Source: Dehalococcoidia bacterium
GTDB taxonomy: Bacteria > Chloroflexota > Dehalococcoidia > Lucifugimonadales > CAJWER01
Assembly (NCBI GenBank): GCA_034420735.1
Contig: DAOULA010000001.1
Coordinates: 36,743 to 100,742 of the forward strand
Direction of reading: 5' to 3'
DNA: 64,000 nt
Below are positions 63,214-64,000 of this stretch, one piece after another (positions within the stretch are counted from its first letter, which is position 1; each line of letters starts with the position of its first letter). Under the pieces are notes generated by a model, which was given only the letters and a program-made list of their open reading frames with translations, was not told where the DNA came from and ran no database searches. The position numbers and the translations under genes were made by a program.

Positions 63214-64000
63214 TCATTCATACCTCAATGCTTCGATGGGATGCAGGTTCGATGCCCTTACGGCCGGATATATGCCGAAGAATAGCCCTATCGCTACCGA
63301 TACCACGATTGCCAGGATGGTGATGTCGCCGGTAACGACCGTCTGGAATGTCTGGCCCCCAAGCTCCCTGTCATCGACGAACCTGGACACGCCTACGCCG
63401 CATACGGCCCCCACCAGGCCTCCGCCGAGACTCAGCAGGACGGCTTCGAGCACAAACTGGGACAAAATGTCTCGCTTCTTTGCCCCCATGGCCTTCCTGA
63501 TGCCGATCTCCCGGATGCGCTCGGTCACGGACACCAGCATGATGTTCATGATCCCTATGCCGCCTACCAGCAGCGAAATCCCGGCGATCACCCCCAGGAA
63601 CACTACGAAGGTCTCCTGCGTGTCGGTCAGGGTATCGATGGTCGCCTGCTGGCTCGCTATCGTGAAGTCGGGGATGTCCGTGACCTGGTGACGGAGGCGA
63701 AGGATCGTGTCGATCTCCGTGATCGCAGTATCGATCAGGTCGACGCTGGAAGCCTGGACGTTGATCGACCCAACCGTCACTTCGCCCTGCACGGTCCTTT
63801 GAGACTCCAGCCTGTAATACGCGGTCGTTATCGGTATGAGCGCGTACGAGTCCAGGTTGCCGAATGGCGAGCCTCCCCGGCTCTCCAGCACCCCTATCAC
63901 GGTGAAGTGCCTGGCCGACCCTGTGCCAGTTCCTATCCTGACGGTCTGGCCCACCGGGTCGCGAAACCCGAACAGGGTCTCCGCAATCTCCGGGCCCAGG
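63214..64000 (-). CDS. MacB/FtsX-type ABC transporter permease (5' end off the window)
   Basis: The frame stays open to position 64000 (..LGPEIAETLFGFRDPVGQTVRIG...). FtsX C-terminal domain: GGIGIMNIMLVSVTERIREIGIRKAMGA, and YPAVRASNLHPIEALRYE. Confidence 0.85.
   Translation of the reverse strand, partial: LGPEIAETLFGFRDPVGQTVRIGTGTGSARHFTVIGVLESRGGSPFGNLDSYALIPITTAYYRLESQRTVQGEVTVGSINVQASSVDLIDTAITEIDTILRLRHQVTDIPDFTIASQQATIDTLTDTQETFVVFLGVIAGISLLVGGIGIMNIMLVSVTERIREIGIRKAMGAKKRDILSQFVLEAVLLSLGGGLVGAVCGVGVSRFVDDRELGGQTFQTVVTGDITILAIVVSVAIGLFFGIYPAVRASNLHPIEALRYE

Overview
GC-rich bacterial chromosomal segment, densely coding on both strands. No rRNA, tRNA, CRISPR array, integrase or transposase was recognised by eye. 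Most genes are catabolic or redox paralogues: 5 Gfo/Idh/MocA oxidoreductases, 4 xylose-isomerase-like TIM-barrel proteins, 2 aldo/keto reductases and 2 PhyH dioxygenases. There are also an LLM flavin monooxygenase, a GMC oxidoreductase, an enolase-superfamily enzyme, CaiB-type CoA-transferase, crotonase and acyl-CoA ligase genes, an amidase and 2 NHL propellers. A small housekeeping block (tsaE-tsaB-ndk-rsfS), thrC, comM/yifB and tenA sit among them. This repertoire resembles marine Chloroflexota (SAR202-like) genomes, but that placement is only a guess. Accessory content stands out against this background. (1) At the window centre is an XRE-McrB-McrC operon. Its McrB-like GTPase has a non-canonical N-terminal domain and a lower-GC C-terminal extension of about 125 aa with a Cys...His layout; this is my top candidate for something new. 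(2) Three closely related DppB-type ABC permease genes occur with no DppC, ATPase or binding-protein partner anywhere in the 64 kb. (3) A monocistronic collagen-like lipoprotein gene has a strong promoter and terminator. (4) A low-GC four-helix-bundle gene is flanked by perfect 19-bp inverted repeats. (5) There is a family of short intergenic repeats, including a 30-nt exact copy 17 kb apart and a 21-bp tandem array. (6) Other accessory items are vapBC, a NYN gene with a structured leader, a CD225/DUF2752 pair, a frameshifted Uma2 gene and two low-GC orphan genes. Many long ORFs in the supplied track are antisense or out-of-frame artefacts of high GC and were discarded. All functional calls rest on motif and family recognition by eye; no searches were run.
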